Of a stretch of DNA of 53,488 nt, positions 11,597-25,843 are shown piece after piece. The stretch is from Intoshia linei (Eukaryota > Animalia > Orthonectida). The position numbers were made by a program, and so were the translations under genes. Location: NCBI GenBank assembly GCA_001642005.1, contig LWCA01000109.1, forward strand, positions 1 through 53,488. Direction: 5' to 3'. Numbering within the stretch: the first letter of the stretch is position 1; every line of letters begins with the position of its first letter. The notes beneath the pieces were generated by a model, which did not search any database, was not told the DNA's origin, and was given only the letters and a program-made list of their open reading frames with translations.

Positions 11597-14500
11597 TTAC
11601 AATTTATCAGTAAACATTTTAGAATTGCTTATTGCAAAAGGTAAAAATTTTTCCGATTTAGCTTGCCGTGAACTCAAAAAATTTAAATTGGTTTGATCAT
11701 TATCAATTTCCTTCTTGATGACAGTTTTTCTCAATTTGTTAATAACATTTTTGGTTTGTACAGTTCTGAGTATGGTTGCGTTTGATTCAATCAATTTTTC
11801 TTGAATTCTAATTATATTTTGTAGGGTGTAATTTACGTTTGTTATATTATTTTGCATTTCAATTATATTTTCAGATATCAATGTGTTTGACTCTTGGATT
11901 TGTGGTTTAGATTCACTTTTGTTTTCAACTAGCATATAAAATCGCATGTTTTCTGGGTTTTGGTTTATTCGGTTGTTTCTTTTTTCGTTTTTTTTTGTTA
12001 AATAAGATAGCATACTTTTTTTTAGGGATAATGCCACTTTTGTCCCGTGGACGTTCCAAGCGTAGCTTTCTATTTTACACACTTTTGAATATGAATCGTT
12101 CATCATTGCAATCAATCTAAATTAAATATTAATACGACTGTAAAATTTCAGTTTTTGACTAGACAAGATCAGGGTACACAACCTGCGACAGTGGATAATC
12201 CATGTGATCATAATGCAATATATCATTTTACTTCAAATTATATAAATATATAAAATATATCAAGGTAAATTTTGTACGGCCGTAGTATCCAAGTAGAGTA
12301 AAGTAGTTTTGCAGCTGAATTGGTGGAAAGGTTGTGGACCCTCGACTAGATGGTGTTTACAAAAAGATTGAAAAGTTGAAATCCTTTTTTGATTTCGTAA
12401 ATTAGAATATTCTACTTGTTAGAAATTCTTTCAAACATTAAATGATTTTAAGATGCAGGAATCTATGTTATAATACATAGTATAATTATACTTAATTTAG
12501 GTGTCTCAACAGTTTTTATAAAAATTCCTTAGTTAATTAAATTGAATCTCGGTCTAACTTTCATTAAATAATGATTCAACAACAAATAAAATAAGTGTTA
12601 CAACACGGTGTGCAATGCGAATCTTCATACGATTATGATTTACATGTATATGTGTCACCTGAATTATTTAATGGAGAAGAAATCAAAATTATAATTTCAC
12701 AAAACATAAATTCTTGGAAAGTTTTTAAAATCATTAATCGTAAATCTAAGCCTAATCAACTTACATCTTCATGATCAAAATCCAAAATTATTCATTTTAT
12801 TAAAAATGAAAAAAGTCATGAAATTGAATAAAACAACATTGTCGGATAGTTTTTAAAATTATGAGAATTATCATAAAACATTAAAAACTTAAACTTACAG
12901 GATTAAAACTCCAGATTACCTTTTTTTAAAGAATCAAGAGTCCTAAAATTAAAAAATAATTCAATCTCACAAATTAACACTTTCACGGTAATTTCTAGAT
13001 AGATTTTTAATTTAAACCTTTATGAGTGAAATATTGTACAATTTAAGCCATTTTAAATTTAATTTTTATTTATTTTATTATTTTTGTTAATATTTATGTA
13101 TATATAATAATATAAATGTTAATATTATTTACGAAATTTTTGTAAAATGTGGTCTCATTATTTCAAATTGAGCATTAAAAAAAATATATATTCTTAAGTA
13201 TCGGTGTATCAGATCTCGCAGAGCTAACAGCTGTTTGTACGAAGTACATAACAGTCAATTTCATAATGGTTCTTTACTTATATAAAAATAAATGTCTATG
13301 TGTGTAACGATTTATTGAAAAAATTGACAGTCGCACGATTTAAAAAACTCAATGTCTAGTACAGTTTTTCCTAGAACGTGTTTTTATCCATTTTTCAGTT
13401 TCAGAATTTCAGTCCTTCAGTGTCAAAAACCCAATATCCCCTTTTGTTTAAAAAGAAATCAACCCGTAAATTTAATAAAACATACATTCTGGGACCAATT
13501 TTAAAATCATTAACATTGTCGTTAATCTCAGCTTCAGAAACGCATATATTTATGGTCAAAACCCTAAATTACCCTTTTTTTTTAAAAATAAAACATATCT
13601 TAAATTTTTTTTAAACGTAAATTCTGTCATAATTTTTAAATTCATAGACATTATCATAAATGGAAACCTAAAAAAAATAATTTTCACGGTCAAAACCCCA
13701 CATTACCAATTTTGTTTAAAATAAGAATAGCTCTAAAATTTAAAAAAAAATAACAGATGGTTTTGTTTAAAATTTAAATTAAAACCACAACAACGAATTA
13801 CTAAAAGTAATACAACTTTGTTATTATCATTTTTATATTTTTACAATCGATGTGCAATATTGGTAAAATTCATCTGAAATATGTTTCTAAAGTGCTAATT
13901 CCGTTAATTATTGATACATAATTGGTATTTTTAATTATTTATTAAATTGGTACTGAATATATGTTATCACATTAAAAATGACAAAATAGGTTTTTACAAT
14001 TTTATTTTTTATTTATTATTTATAATTCTGGAATTTATGCTATTTATGACAATTTTTAGGATTGGACTGTTTTTTGTTTATTTTTAATATTATACACACC
14101 TTCTGTCTAATAAATTATAAAAATGGGATAACAATTTTTTATAAATTTCTTTACACAAATGTTAACAAAATAAATTTAACGTGGAATAATTCACTTTAAA
14201 TTAAAAGGTAATGTGATATGAATTTCCTTATTTAATTTATTTTTCTGATAGAATAAAAATGTCGGTCCTCGGCAGAGATTGGATGCTGATTGTACGAAGT
14301 ACATAACAATCAAGTTAGTATAATATAAAAATAAAATTACAAATTGAGCAAAACAACACTGGACAAAATGATGTAAATGACATAAATAGCATTTAAATAG
14401 CCGTACAATTGATTATCCAACGGATAACTTGTGGACGCATCAACATCTTCAAAGATATACTCCATTCCAACCATCATATTAAAAACAAGCAAAGCAGTTT

Positions 14501-17500
14501 TAAGAGGGTTTGAGTATTTTGAACTGTAATAATGGCTGGATTCAAATAAACCATGTATTCCAAATGTAAAAGCAGCAAAGATAATAGCATACACAACAAA
14601 AAAGCGTGCAATATCATTAACGATAATATCTTTGAGGGTTATAGAAAGAGAATAAACCTAAAAATATACTAAATTAAGCAATATTAATAAAAAACTTGTC
14701 TAATCCCTTTAGTAAAAAAAATGGTATAAAGCCATCCAAGAATAATGACCATTGGTAATAAATAAACAGAAATAACTAAATCCATAATATGAGTAGCAGT
14801 CCAAACGATAGAAATAAGCATAAAAAATAATGCAACAACCAGCTGATATTTAAAATCAAACCCAGAAGAAAAATCGTTGGTAATTTTCTTGAAAGACAGA
14901 GGAGTAATTTGGTTTTGTTTAGATTTTCGTTTAAATACACGAGATTCGATAATAACATCGATATAAAGTTGAAACAAAAAGAGAAGCAATGGCCAAAGAA
15001 GTGCAGTAATATGTACATAAGATTTTGGCCCAGATTTTTTGATACTGACATATTGAGACGTAATGGTAACATTTATAACATGTTCCAAGTTATACGATGA
15101 ATAGGAAGTCATGCAGAAAATAATCATGTACATTATATGTAAAATCATGAGGGTAAAGTAGCAATACTTGTAATAATTAGAATAATTTTTCACAAGGTGG
15201 TTCATGGGGCACAGTTTCAGCATAGTATCAGAAATGTGAATATCGTCTTTGTTTAGTATATATTCCAAGTATGATAATTCGCCATTCGTATGAACTTTCT
15301 TTGAAATGGATGTAAACGGAGTCATATTGGTTACATCGTAAATAGTATACTTTCGAGTCAACACTTTCATGTTTTCTCTTTGTAATTGCGTCAGTTGAGA
15401 TTCAGATATGAATTTATTGAATACTGGTTGTTTAATTTGGTAATTTATAAAGGTGTTTTTACATATGGTATAAAACTGGTCGCCGTTCATATTTTTGTTT
15501 TCATCGTTATAATTCAACAACACAGAGGGTAGTATATGATAAACGCGATTCATTCCCATAATAGCTTCCATAATGGTTGTACAATTCATTAAAATGGCAT
15601 ATTGAAGCACATTATGACCATCCATATCGACAAGGTTTTCGAATAAAAATTGTACAATTTTACTATGAGTCACATCAAAGCTAGAATGTTTAATTTTGTC
15701 AGTCTCAATAAATTCTCGAGTTTGAATTATATTTGTACTAAATTTATGTTTAATCATTGCTTTTGCTAGATCGGGATACAAGTGACTAAATGAATTGTAC
15801 CATTTCGTGGCATGGTCAATTAATTTGTAAAAAATTGTCAAATACGATTCTAATGAAACCTTTACTAAATTATCGCATGATTTTTCATTAATATCCAAAT
15901 TTGTAGATATAATGTTTTTCAATTTCCGGCTTTCCGCTGTACCGACAGTTTCATTAATTTGTCTTTTCCAACAAGCCATGAAAGCATCAATAAGAACATG
16001 AAATACCGTTTTTTTTTCTTTATTTTGAACTCCCAGGTCTAAAGTAGATCCACATTTTTCCATCAACAAATCCAGTTTATCGATAGATCCTTTTATGACA
16101 ATCAAATGCAATGGGGTGGATTCGAATTCATTCTTACAGTTAATGTCTACAGTTGAAGATTCCATACAAACAAAAATATTTAGATATTCTTTGAATGTAA
16201 CAAAATCTGCGAGAGCCGCTTCATGGATGCTGGTATTTCCGTTATCGTTTATAATTTTCGGATCAATGTAACATAAAATTTCGAGTAAATTATTAGCTTT
16301 GTTTTTTATGGCTACATTTAAGGCAGTGTCTTTATTGGCATTTTTCATGTGAATTGTTTCCCAGGATTGCGTTTTAACCATTGTTCGAAATAAAACATTT
16401 AAGGTGTCATATTTTCGCTTTGGGTCCACTCTGGAACGTGCAACTACATGCAATGGGGTTTCGTTGTTTATGTTCGTTTCTTGGCATTTTTTATTATCAT
16501 ATTTCATTAAATGCTCGACCAACTCGAAATGTCCTTCTTCGCAGGCAACATGTAGCAATGTGTTTTTTTCATGGTTTGGCTCTACGTCTTTCAAGTAATC
16601 TGAAAATTCAATTATAAAGTCCAAATGTCCGTATTTTGTTGCAACGTGTAACCAAGAATCGTTAGAGTTTTTGTGCACTTTTGATATATAATTTATTATA
16701 TCCCAATTTAATATAATCCTTGCCTTGTCAGGGTAATTGTACTTGGCTGCCAATAACAATGGACTAGTGTTGCTCACTTTTCGCTTATCACCAGCTTTAT
16801 TAATTCGATAACGCATCCACAAGTGCAGTAATTCTAACAAATCTTTATCTTTTGAGTTTAGAGCCGAATCCCAAATGGATATGTTGTCATTGTTAACTTG
16901 GTCAGTGTATGCGTTTCTTTGTAGTAGCAGAGCTACAGCCTGCAATTGACTTTTTTCGCATGCCAGATTTAGAGGATTATCTCCATGGTCATCGGTAGCA
17001 TCAATGTTTGCTCCAGCGTTCAGCAAAATTTTAACACAATCTGCATTTCCAAAATTACAGGCCAAATGCAGTGCAGTCACTCTCCCATAAATGGTTCTAG
17101 TTACACTAATTTGCGAATTTACCAGTTTAGAAAGAATTTTGGGGTAATCTAAAGAAGCTGCCAAACAACATAGACATGGAATCCCCGTTTTTCGTTGTGC
17201 GTGTATATTTGCTCCACCTTCCTCAATCAAAATTTCAACACTTTCATAGTGACCATAACGTACAGCCCAATGCAAAGGAATCGACCCCTTATCGTTAGGC
17301 GTATCTACATTGGCTTTCCTAGCAATAAGCTCTTTTACAGTTTCTACTTTATTAAATCTTACAGCCCACAAAATAGGAGTATCCAGTTTATTATTTCGTA
17401 TGTTAACATCAAAATCGTTATCGTTTAGTAGACAAACAACTTTTGTATGTCCATACAATGCAGCCAACAGCATGGCATTCATGTGCCGGGAACGTTGACC

Positions 17501-18313
17501 TTTAACTGAATGAATCATAAACAATTTGTGTGTCTTTTTCAATTCTGGTTTATGCGCGCACCGTTGAAAATACAACTTTACTAAATCGGCATCACCTTTT
17601 ATGGACAATTGGTGCAGTACACTCATATCCGTGGGCATATTGTCAACAATTATACTGTAAACATGTAATACTGCTTTAAGAGGAGCATTAGTCATTAAAT
17701 ATGTACAAATTTTGGTGGAAGTATCACTTTCTAGTGCTATATTAATTGCATTTTTATTATTCTTAAATTTCAATTGCGCCCATTTACCATTACTGCAAGC
17801 TGGTGATTGAGTTATTAAATCTATCAAATCATTGTAATATTTATCATCACAACAAAACATTTCAAATTCGGCAATTAATTTTAAATTACTGGACATGCGT
17901 CTAATAGATCTTGCTTGAGATACAGATTTAATAGCACCAAGGGAAATACTATTCTTGTCATTTTTGGCGTCTATTAAATGTAAATTTTCCGATTTTTCTT
18001 CTTCTTCTTCATCTTCTTCTTCTTCTTCATCTTCTTCTGCTTCTTCTTCTTCTTCTTCTTCCTCTTCATTCAAATTTAAATTTTCATATTGCTTTTTTCG
18101 TAATTCTTTTAACCCCTTTGATTCCTTTGAAGTACTATCACTTCTTTTTTCAACAGCAAAGTCAAATTGAGTTAAATCGAATTTAATTTTTTTAGTTGCT
18201 TCTTTCTAGAATCATTTATTAATTTTTAGATTAAAATTTCAAATTTAAAAAAAAACGTTTACTTGTTTTAATCGCTTTTCCAACTCTTTGTAATCCCCAT
18301 CAACTTGAGCCAT
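11597..18313 (-). CDS. TRPV-type cation channel with a long ankyrin-repeat N-terminus (exons 18313-18263, 18205-14696, 14657-14341, 12116-11597; about 1465 aa)
   Basis: Many TPLH/TALH ankyrin repeats, six hydrophobic segments, S4-S5 linker LKDIIVNDIARFFVVY and S6 end LLNLLIAMMNDSYSKV...W as in TRPV channels; splice phases are consistent. Confidence 0.88.
12170..12343. mobile_element. Short hAT MITE
   Basis: CAGGGTACACAACCT / AGGTTGTGGACCCTC termini; flanks GACAAGAT and GACTAGAT form an 8-bp TSD with one mismatch. Confidence 0.7.
13271..14318 (+). mobile_element. Near-complete Helitron-like element, following another copy ending at about 13260
   Basis: 5' TCTTTACTTATATAAAA..TGTGTG. 3' hairpin TGATTGTACGAAGTACATAACAATCA followed by GTTAG; the same TGTACGAAGTACATAACA core occurs at about 13236-13253. 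Confidence 0.55.
17995..18070 (-). repeat. (GAA/GAT)n coding microsatellite encoding a poly-Glu/Asp tract in the TRP channel N-terminus
   Basis: TCTTCT repeats on the + strand; translates EEEEEEEEAEEDEEEEEDEEEEE. Confidence 0.9.
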
Positions 18314-20104
18314 AATACTGGTTGATATACAATGTTAATTATTATTACTATATTTTGTAAATAGCAACGATTTCGGCTTTATGAAATACTTTATGTAGTA
18401 GAATGAATTTAACAGTAGATTTACTTTTCAAGCAAATATTTATTTTAGTGAATTTTAAAATAGTTTGGCAGGGTTAACTTTCTAACTAAATTTCATTTAA
18501 ATAATTAAAAACTACAATTTTTGAAAAATTTCACATAGACTGTCTCAAGAAAAAATTCATTTACATTTAAATTTAAACAATAGTTAATTTTTCAAATTTA
18601 GTTTAGGTTTCGAAGTTTACATTATAAATATTGTGTAGTAATTTAATTATTTTATAAATTTGATTAGTAATATACAACAGTACAATTGTACATTGTAAAA
18701 GCGTATAATATTCAAAAATTTTTCCTTTTTATATAATTCTTTCGTATTAAATGTTTTTATTAGCATGTTGATAGAATTGTATTTTCTAAATCTAAATCTA
18801 AATGACTCATCTGAAATGGTGCACTTGAGCGCACTAGTGAGTTAAAATAAAAACCACTATACCTTTATACTACAATAGAATAACAATAAGTTAGGTCATC
18901 AAACCTATTTTATATTATCTATATTTATGTTAGCGAATCAGTGAAAGAGTCGGACAATGAGCCAGTCCCACCAATGCTAACTCATATATGATGTAAAAAA
19001 ATTACAAAATTTAGAGGACACTAGAAAAATTATAAATGGAATAATATTTATTTACACTACTGGTTGAAATAAGAGTGATACACGCAAAGCCGACCCAGCT
19101 ACACTCGAATCCCCAAAATGATAATGAACCGTGCAAAAAAATTTTTAAAATAAAATACGTAACATAATCAGATAATATATAATTAATAAAAAAATTTAAT
19201 GCATATATCCTAAGTTAGGATTCCTAACTTATATACATTAATCTAAAATCGTACACAAGATGATTTAGCCCACTGATCTCAACGGTGGGGAATCACCCCA
19301 TTGGGGCCGATTTTTTTATATTATTTCACAAAATACATAATTTAAAATTTTTCTTGATCGTTTGATTAGTGTTAAAATCGTTTCCTTAATTTTTTTAACT
19401 AAAACATACAACAGTATTTTATTTTTTTAAGAGAATTATTAGTTCTATAGGTAGATTGAAAAAATGTGTCAATTTTGATTTAGGGGGCAATTCTAAAAAA
19501 AGGCTGGAAACAAGTGCAGTATACTAAGATAGTTGTATCTATACGCTTAATGAAATTTGTTTATTTATTTTTTAATTTTTTTATCGATAAATTAACAATC
19601 CCAATCAATACGGACATAATAAAATCAAATTTATAGAAACCATTATATTTAAAATTTTTAACTCGAATCACCGTACATCATTAATATTTCAGAACATTTT
19701 TCTTACCTGTACAATGGACACAGTCCGCGTGCTTACCCAACACTTCTGGTAGCCGTAAAAGAGTTTGGCCACAGTCCGAAACACGATTCGAATATGAACT
19801 TCAAAAATTACTTTAAGAACCGATGCAGGATATTTTAATTATCTTCAAAATGATTAATTGTGATTGTTCAGTAAGTCCTTAATGAAATTTAATCCGTGCA
19901 TAAATACGAACTTTGGACTCAGTTGCAGAACTCTACAGTTTAGAATCTAACCGTGTGATTTAAAATATGTTTTCGTCAATTTTTTTTTTTTTTAAATTAA
20001 TAACTTTTAATATTTTTTAACTTAATTTAAAAAATATGCACCTTAAAAATGAAATTTAATAAGAAAAACATGATACATGTAAAAGAAATAGATTTCATGA
20101 GTAG

Positions 20105-22543
20105 ACAAAATTCACTTGTTTAATATTAAAATTTATAAAGGTACTTTTACATATTCATTCAAATTGCTCGTTTTTTATTGACAATTGATTTTAATTATCA
20201 ATACAGGTATTTAAATGCACTGGTTATATCTTATAAACTCGGTCCAATCCCATAATTGCTTCAATTATAGTATTGCAATTATTCATTATAGCGTATTCTA
20301 TTACATTAAGATTGTTACTATCTCGTAATTCTTTCAAAAAAAAGTGTAAAACCTTTTCGTGTGTGTCATCATACTAAAAATTTTTTTTCTATTGATTTGT
20401 TTAGATTTGAGTGGTTCATTTTTAACATTTTTTAAAATATCTATCTTCTATTTTTGTCTTTTCATTGTCACAAATTTAATTAATTCTGGGTATAAATCTT
20501 TAACATTTTTGTACCATTCAGATACGTAATTGATTTGTAAAAAATTTTTATATACGATTCTAAATAAATTGCTTTTTTTTTTAGATGAAAAATTTATACA
20601 ATTATTAATTTCTCCATTAACTAAATTGTCTTGTATATTTTTTGATATGCTACTTTCTGAGGTACCTAGTGTCTGGTAATTTTGTTTTTTTCAGTTATAC
20701 GTGAAACCATCTATGAGAATATGAAATATCGACTTTTTTTCATTATTTTGAACACTCAAATCCAATCTTTTACCACATTTTTCAATTAAAAAATTCAATT
20801 TATCAATTTTGCCGTTCAGAACAATTAAGTGTAATGCAGTAGAATTGTTCACATTTTTAAAATTGAGGTCAATAAGTTCCTTGAGGACAAAAATATCTAT
20901 GTATTCTTGAAATGTATCAAAATTTGATAAAGCAGCTTTGTGGATACTGCAATTTCCAGTGATATTTAAAATTGTAGGGTCCATACAATTTAAAATGTCT
21001 AGTAAATTATGGGCATTGCTTTTTAAGGCTACATTTAGGGCAGTATCGTTATTCCCATTTTGCATGTGAATTGTTTCCCAAGATTGCGTTTTAATCATTG
21101 TTCGAAATAAAACATTTAAAGTGTCATATTTTCGCTTTGGGTCCACTCTGGAACGTGAAACTACATGCAATGTAGTTTCGTTGTTTATGTTCCTTTCTAG
21201 GCATTTTTGATCATATTTCATTAAATTCTCGACCAACCCACAATGCCCTACTTCACAGGCAACATGTAGCAATGTGTTTTGTTCATGGTTTGGTTCTATG
21301 TCTTTCAAGTAATCTAAAAATTCAATTATAAAGTCCAAATGTCCGTATTTTGCTGCAACGTGTAACCAAGAATCGTTAGAATTTTTGTGCACTTTTGATA
21401 TATAATTTATTATATCCCAATTTAATATGATTTTTGTCTTGTACTGGTAATTGTACTTTGCTGCCAATAATAAAGAACTAATTTTGCTCACTTTTCTCTC
21501 ATAACCAGATTTATTAATTCGAAAACGCAACCACAAGTGCAACATTCCAATAAATCATCATCTTTTGAGTTTAAGGCTGAATCCCAAATGGACACGTTTT
21601 CATTGTTAACTTGGTCAGTGTATGCATTTCTTTGCAGTAGCAGAGCTACAGCGTGCAATTCACTTTTTTCACATGCTAAATTTAGAGGATTATCTTTGCG
21701 GTCATCGGTAGCATCAATGTTTGCTCCAGCATTAAGTAAAATTCTAGCACACTCTTTGTAACCAAAATTACTGGCCAAGTGTAAGGCAGTCACTCCTCCG
21801 TCAATTGCTCGTGTCACACTGATTTTTGACTGTACAAGTTTAACGAGAATTTTTGAGTAATTTAATGAAGCTGCCAAACAACATAGACACGTAATAACAA
21901 TAAAGAAATATGAGTGAAAATTTATATATTCATTCCTTCGAAATTTCTAAAATTATCATGTTCACTATTAAAAAAATAGGATCAAATAAGGAACACTAGG
22001 AAATTATAAATTGTATTAATTCTTAATCATATATTCAATGATGGAAGGTTCTTCTTTCTTTTAAATTGGTATACAGTCAATTTTGTTCTATATGAACATG
22101 AATGGATCAGGTTTTGATCATGTTCATACTATACTGTAATATGAACATATATGAATGGCGATAATAATATAATTAAAAGTTTCGAAATGTCCAATCAATG
22201 TTTGTTCAAACAAAATTGTAGTGTTCATATTGAGGTTAGTTCATATTCTAGGATGTTTATATAAAACAGAATTGACTGTATATAATTTCATTCATAGCAC
22301 ATATATCTCACCAATGGTTTCAGCAAAAACTTTTTCAAGATTATGAATATGCATAATTGCCTCAGCGTAATAGCAGTACATATCAAGTGCGTAATATAGT
22401 TACACGTGTTTATGATTCATAAACTATTTTAGTATTCATTTTTTTAAACATAGAAATGGCTTTCCGGAAACACTGAATCAATAAAATTCTACCTTAGACA
22501 GCCTTTTTTCCAATTCTTTATAATCTCCATCAATTTGTCCCAT
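20105..22543 (-). pseudogene. Decayed partial tandem paralog of the TRPV-type channel
   Basis: Exon 1 MGQIDGDYKELEKRLSK (ATG 22543) mirrors MAQVDGDYKELEKRLKQ. 21890-20105 aligns to the ankyrin region, with a frameshift near 21545, a TGA at 20691 and further stops; no transmembrane part. Confidence 0.85.
22074..22278. mobile_element. Tc1/mariner/pogo-type MITE
   Basis: TA|CAGTCAATTTTGTTCTATATGAACAT ... ATGTTTATATAAAACAGAATTGACTG|TA. Confidence 0.85.
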
Positions 22544-23008
22544 AATACCCAGAGTACAAGAGTAATGAATAATTATATATTAAATTTCGTATTTATTTGG
22601 GACTAATAAAACATACCCTCATTAATTTCTTTCTACATAATTAAGTATACAACTAAATCAATTTCTTAGTTCACAGTATTATAATTTAGATTTAGTTATT
22701 CTACAAAATATAATAACAAGTTAGTCAAAATATTAATCAATAAGATAGAACAAATGCACCAAATACCTTGATACTTATTCATAAAAAAATTTGTAAATAT
22801 TGATATAGATAAACTACATTTGTAAGTAAAAACATATTCGCGTGGTTAATTTCGTATAAACCAACAGAACAATAAATAATGTCAAAACAAAACATTTCTA
22901 AAATTAGATAATTTGTTAACAAAAATATCAGTCTCAACAATTCAATGTAAATTTTTACAAACATTAGTATAATCTCAATTTTCAGCAATTTGTCGATAAT
23001 AATTGAAT

Positions 23009-23844
23009 ATGGCAATGAACATTGATACAGACGTAAAAAAAAAATTAATAAATCTTGTAGAATTTGAATCACATGATAATGGACCCCAAAAAATTTTAAA
23101 TCAATGTCAAGTTTATCAAGTTTACTGCAAATTACCTTCAATAAATGATGTTTTTCTATACTTTAAATCTAAAAAAAACTCAAAAACAAACTTGAACCTG
23201 GACCTCGACCCAAACTTAACAAAATGCAATTTGAATTTTGTAAACAATTTAAATATTCTCAAAATCAATTTAACTATTACAATGGACGCTTTATCTCATT
23301 ATAACTACCATGTACATTTAAATACCAAACCTAATTTTACCATACCTAAAAACCAATCAAATTACACTGCAATAAAAAATAGGAATGAAAATTGGATAAA
23401 ATTTAATGGAAATTGTTCAAATTTAAATAATGATGATTGTTTTAGTTTATGTATGGAATATAATCAATTGAAATATATCAATTTTTATAGAATTTTTATT
23501 CAAGATGTGGCGACCACTTATTTATGTAAGTTTTCATATTTTTTATACATTGTATCTGTTTAGCCATTGAAAAGTTCCAAAATGTAAAGGTCGGTTTAAA
23601 TTTTAGTCAAAATATAGTGAATAGTATCTTTGAAGAAAATATTTCAGTCACTGAGAAAATAGAAAAACCTGTCGCACAATCTCAAATTAAAAATTTACTA
23701 AACAAAATTAGAAATACTTTCCAACATGTTCATAATCATACATTTAATTTGGACTTTGTACATAAAAATCAAATTGAAAACGAAGACGACCAAGAAAAAC
23801 CAAAATATATTACATTTTACAAAAATCTTCATTCAAAATTGTAG
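23009..23844 (+). CDS. Hypothetical Asn/Lys-rich protein (exons about 23009-23525 and 23564-23844; about 265 aa)
   Basis: Two ORFs joined in frame by a 38-nt GTAAGT...TAG intron; no recognisable domain; start uncertain. Confidence 0.55.
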
Positions 23845-23916
23845 CCATTTGTAACATTTTGTATATAAATTTTTATTTTATATATACATTTAAGCTTTAT
23901 AATTTTCATCAAATTT

Positions 23917-25843
23917 TTATCCTCCGTGAAGAGTAGAAATAAATAAAATGTTGTCTTTGTCAACTAATTCATAGTTATATGTATCCTAATTTTGAATTAC
24001 TTGTAGCTTTAAATAAAAAAAATTACAAATATTTCCCAATCAGAATCATTTATCAATACTAAAATTCCCGGTCTCCTAAATTATTTAATTAAAAATATAC
24101 CTGCAAACTGTCATTTAACAAATATCTGAAACATCCTTACATAGGGTTACCAACATTAAGTTATTCTCAACCCGAATTTTTGGACGAAGCTCAAAACTTG
24201 GCTGAAACGCTGCGAACCGTATTATTTTTTTTGGGGGGGCTCTCTTTTACGTTGGGGTCTTTTTTTCAAAAAATAATAACAGTTTACACACAATTTTTAT
24301 TGCAAATTTCAAAATGTATACTTTAAATTTTTCATAAAAAATAGCAAATAGCACATTTCAAATGATTTTGATTGAAATAATTAAATTACCCTGAGAAATA
24401 TCACTTAACCCTGAGCCCTGAATTTAATTTGAAAATCCGAAGTCTCAGAGGAAAAATAACGCAGTTGGCAACCATATTCTTATAACGGTTTTTCCAGAGT
24501 CATGTTTTATCGCAAATTTAAATTTCAGAAATTGAGTCCTTTAAGGTTAAAAACCCCAATTCTCCTTTGTTTTTAAATTCAAACCCGTCCTAGAATTATA
24601 AAAAATACACATTCTAATAAAAAGTTTTAAATTCATCAATATTATGATAATTTTCAATATCAAAATCTTATATCTTCACGGCCGAAACCCCAAATTACTT
24701 TTTTTTGTAAACAGGTAGAAAGTCTTATAATTTTATTCAACATAAATTCTGGGACGGTTTTTAAATTCATAAACATAAAAAAGATAATTTTCACGATCAA
24801 AACCACAGATTACCTTTTTTTTAAATTGAAAACAGCCCTAGAATTTAAAAAAAAACAGATGGTACAATTGTATCCTTTTAAGACACACAAAAAAATTTCA
24901 ATTTGAATAAGTAACGCCTTCACGGTCAAAAAAGTACTTTAATATTAAATTTTTTTTATTTCGAAACTATTTTATTAAAAATAAAAAATGTGAAATAATT
25001 AACGGTTATTAATTTTAATATTCAAAACAAAAATATATTCTGATACAGCTTATTCCAGTTGATATAAATACAAAATTTCAACCCCAGAAATCTACGCATT
25101 TCCGGTGAAAAATAATTTTTAATATATTATCAACCAATAGTATATACTAATAGTATGTTCAAATGTTTCGATTAAAATAAAAATATTGATCCTAAAATTT
25201 CAAAAAAAGTTCATTGAACGTCTACGTTTCCAATAAAAAAATATGGGTGGAAATCTATATAATTGGTTCCTTAGGATTTTTTTTCATTGTGTCTTTTTAT
25301 GTTTTATCTAGGATACAATCTGTATTGTATTAATAAATAGTTATCATTGAAACTAATGATTACAACACTACTCAATTTTTGATTCTCAAATACTCATTTT
25401 CAAAAAATGTATACTTTCCTACCAAATTTTAGAATTTGTTTCTTTTTATAAATCAGACTTTCGATGGGGCTGTAAAAAATTTTTTTCTTATAAATTTTTT
25501 TATTAGTTAGCTACCGATTTGTCGAACCTGACAATATATAATAACCTTCAAAAAGAAAACATACATAACTTTCAAAATCTAAAAAAGTACAAATCATCAG
25601 TAAGCATAAACAATGTTTTGAATTTATCCTGAATTAAATCATCTCTAATCCATTTAATCAGCTGTCTCATATTTCCTAATTTAAAATAATTAATAAAACA
25701 AATATAATGCAGTAAAACTAATTTCTGAAGATATCTCCACATCATGATCCTTAACACCACCCAGAAAAAGTTCGGCACCAGCCCTAAAAACTTGAAAATA
25801 AAAAAAAAGTAAAAATATACGTAAATTGCAACTTTAAATTCAT
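23917..25843 (-). CDS. URM1: Ubiquitin-related modifier 1 (5 exons)
   Basis: MNLKLQFTAGAELFLGGVKDHDV...LIKWIRDDLI...LRPGILVLINDSDWEIF...NILFISTLHGG*. Confidence 0.96.
24142..24476. mobile_element. hAT-type MITE with TAGGGTT(A/G)CCAAC termini in a URM1 intron
   Basis: TAGGGTTACCAAC / GTTGGCAACCATA; flanks TCCTTACA and TTCTTATA (6 of 8 match). Confidence 0.65.

Noticed and set aside
14776-18170. Short + strand and alternate-frame ORFs, including the poly-Ser ORF 17955-18170
   Set aside because: Shadow frames of the TRP channel exon and its GAA repeat.
19700-19940. CTTACCTG resembling a canonical U1 5' end, in a GC-richer patch
   Set aside because: No U1 stem-loops or Sm site follow; it may simply be a minus-strand donor-like CAG|GTAAG with no assignable ORF.
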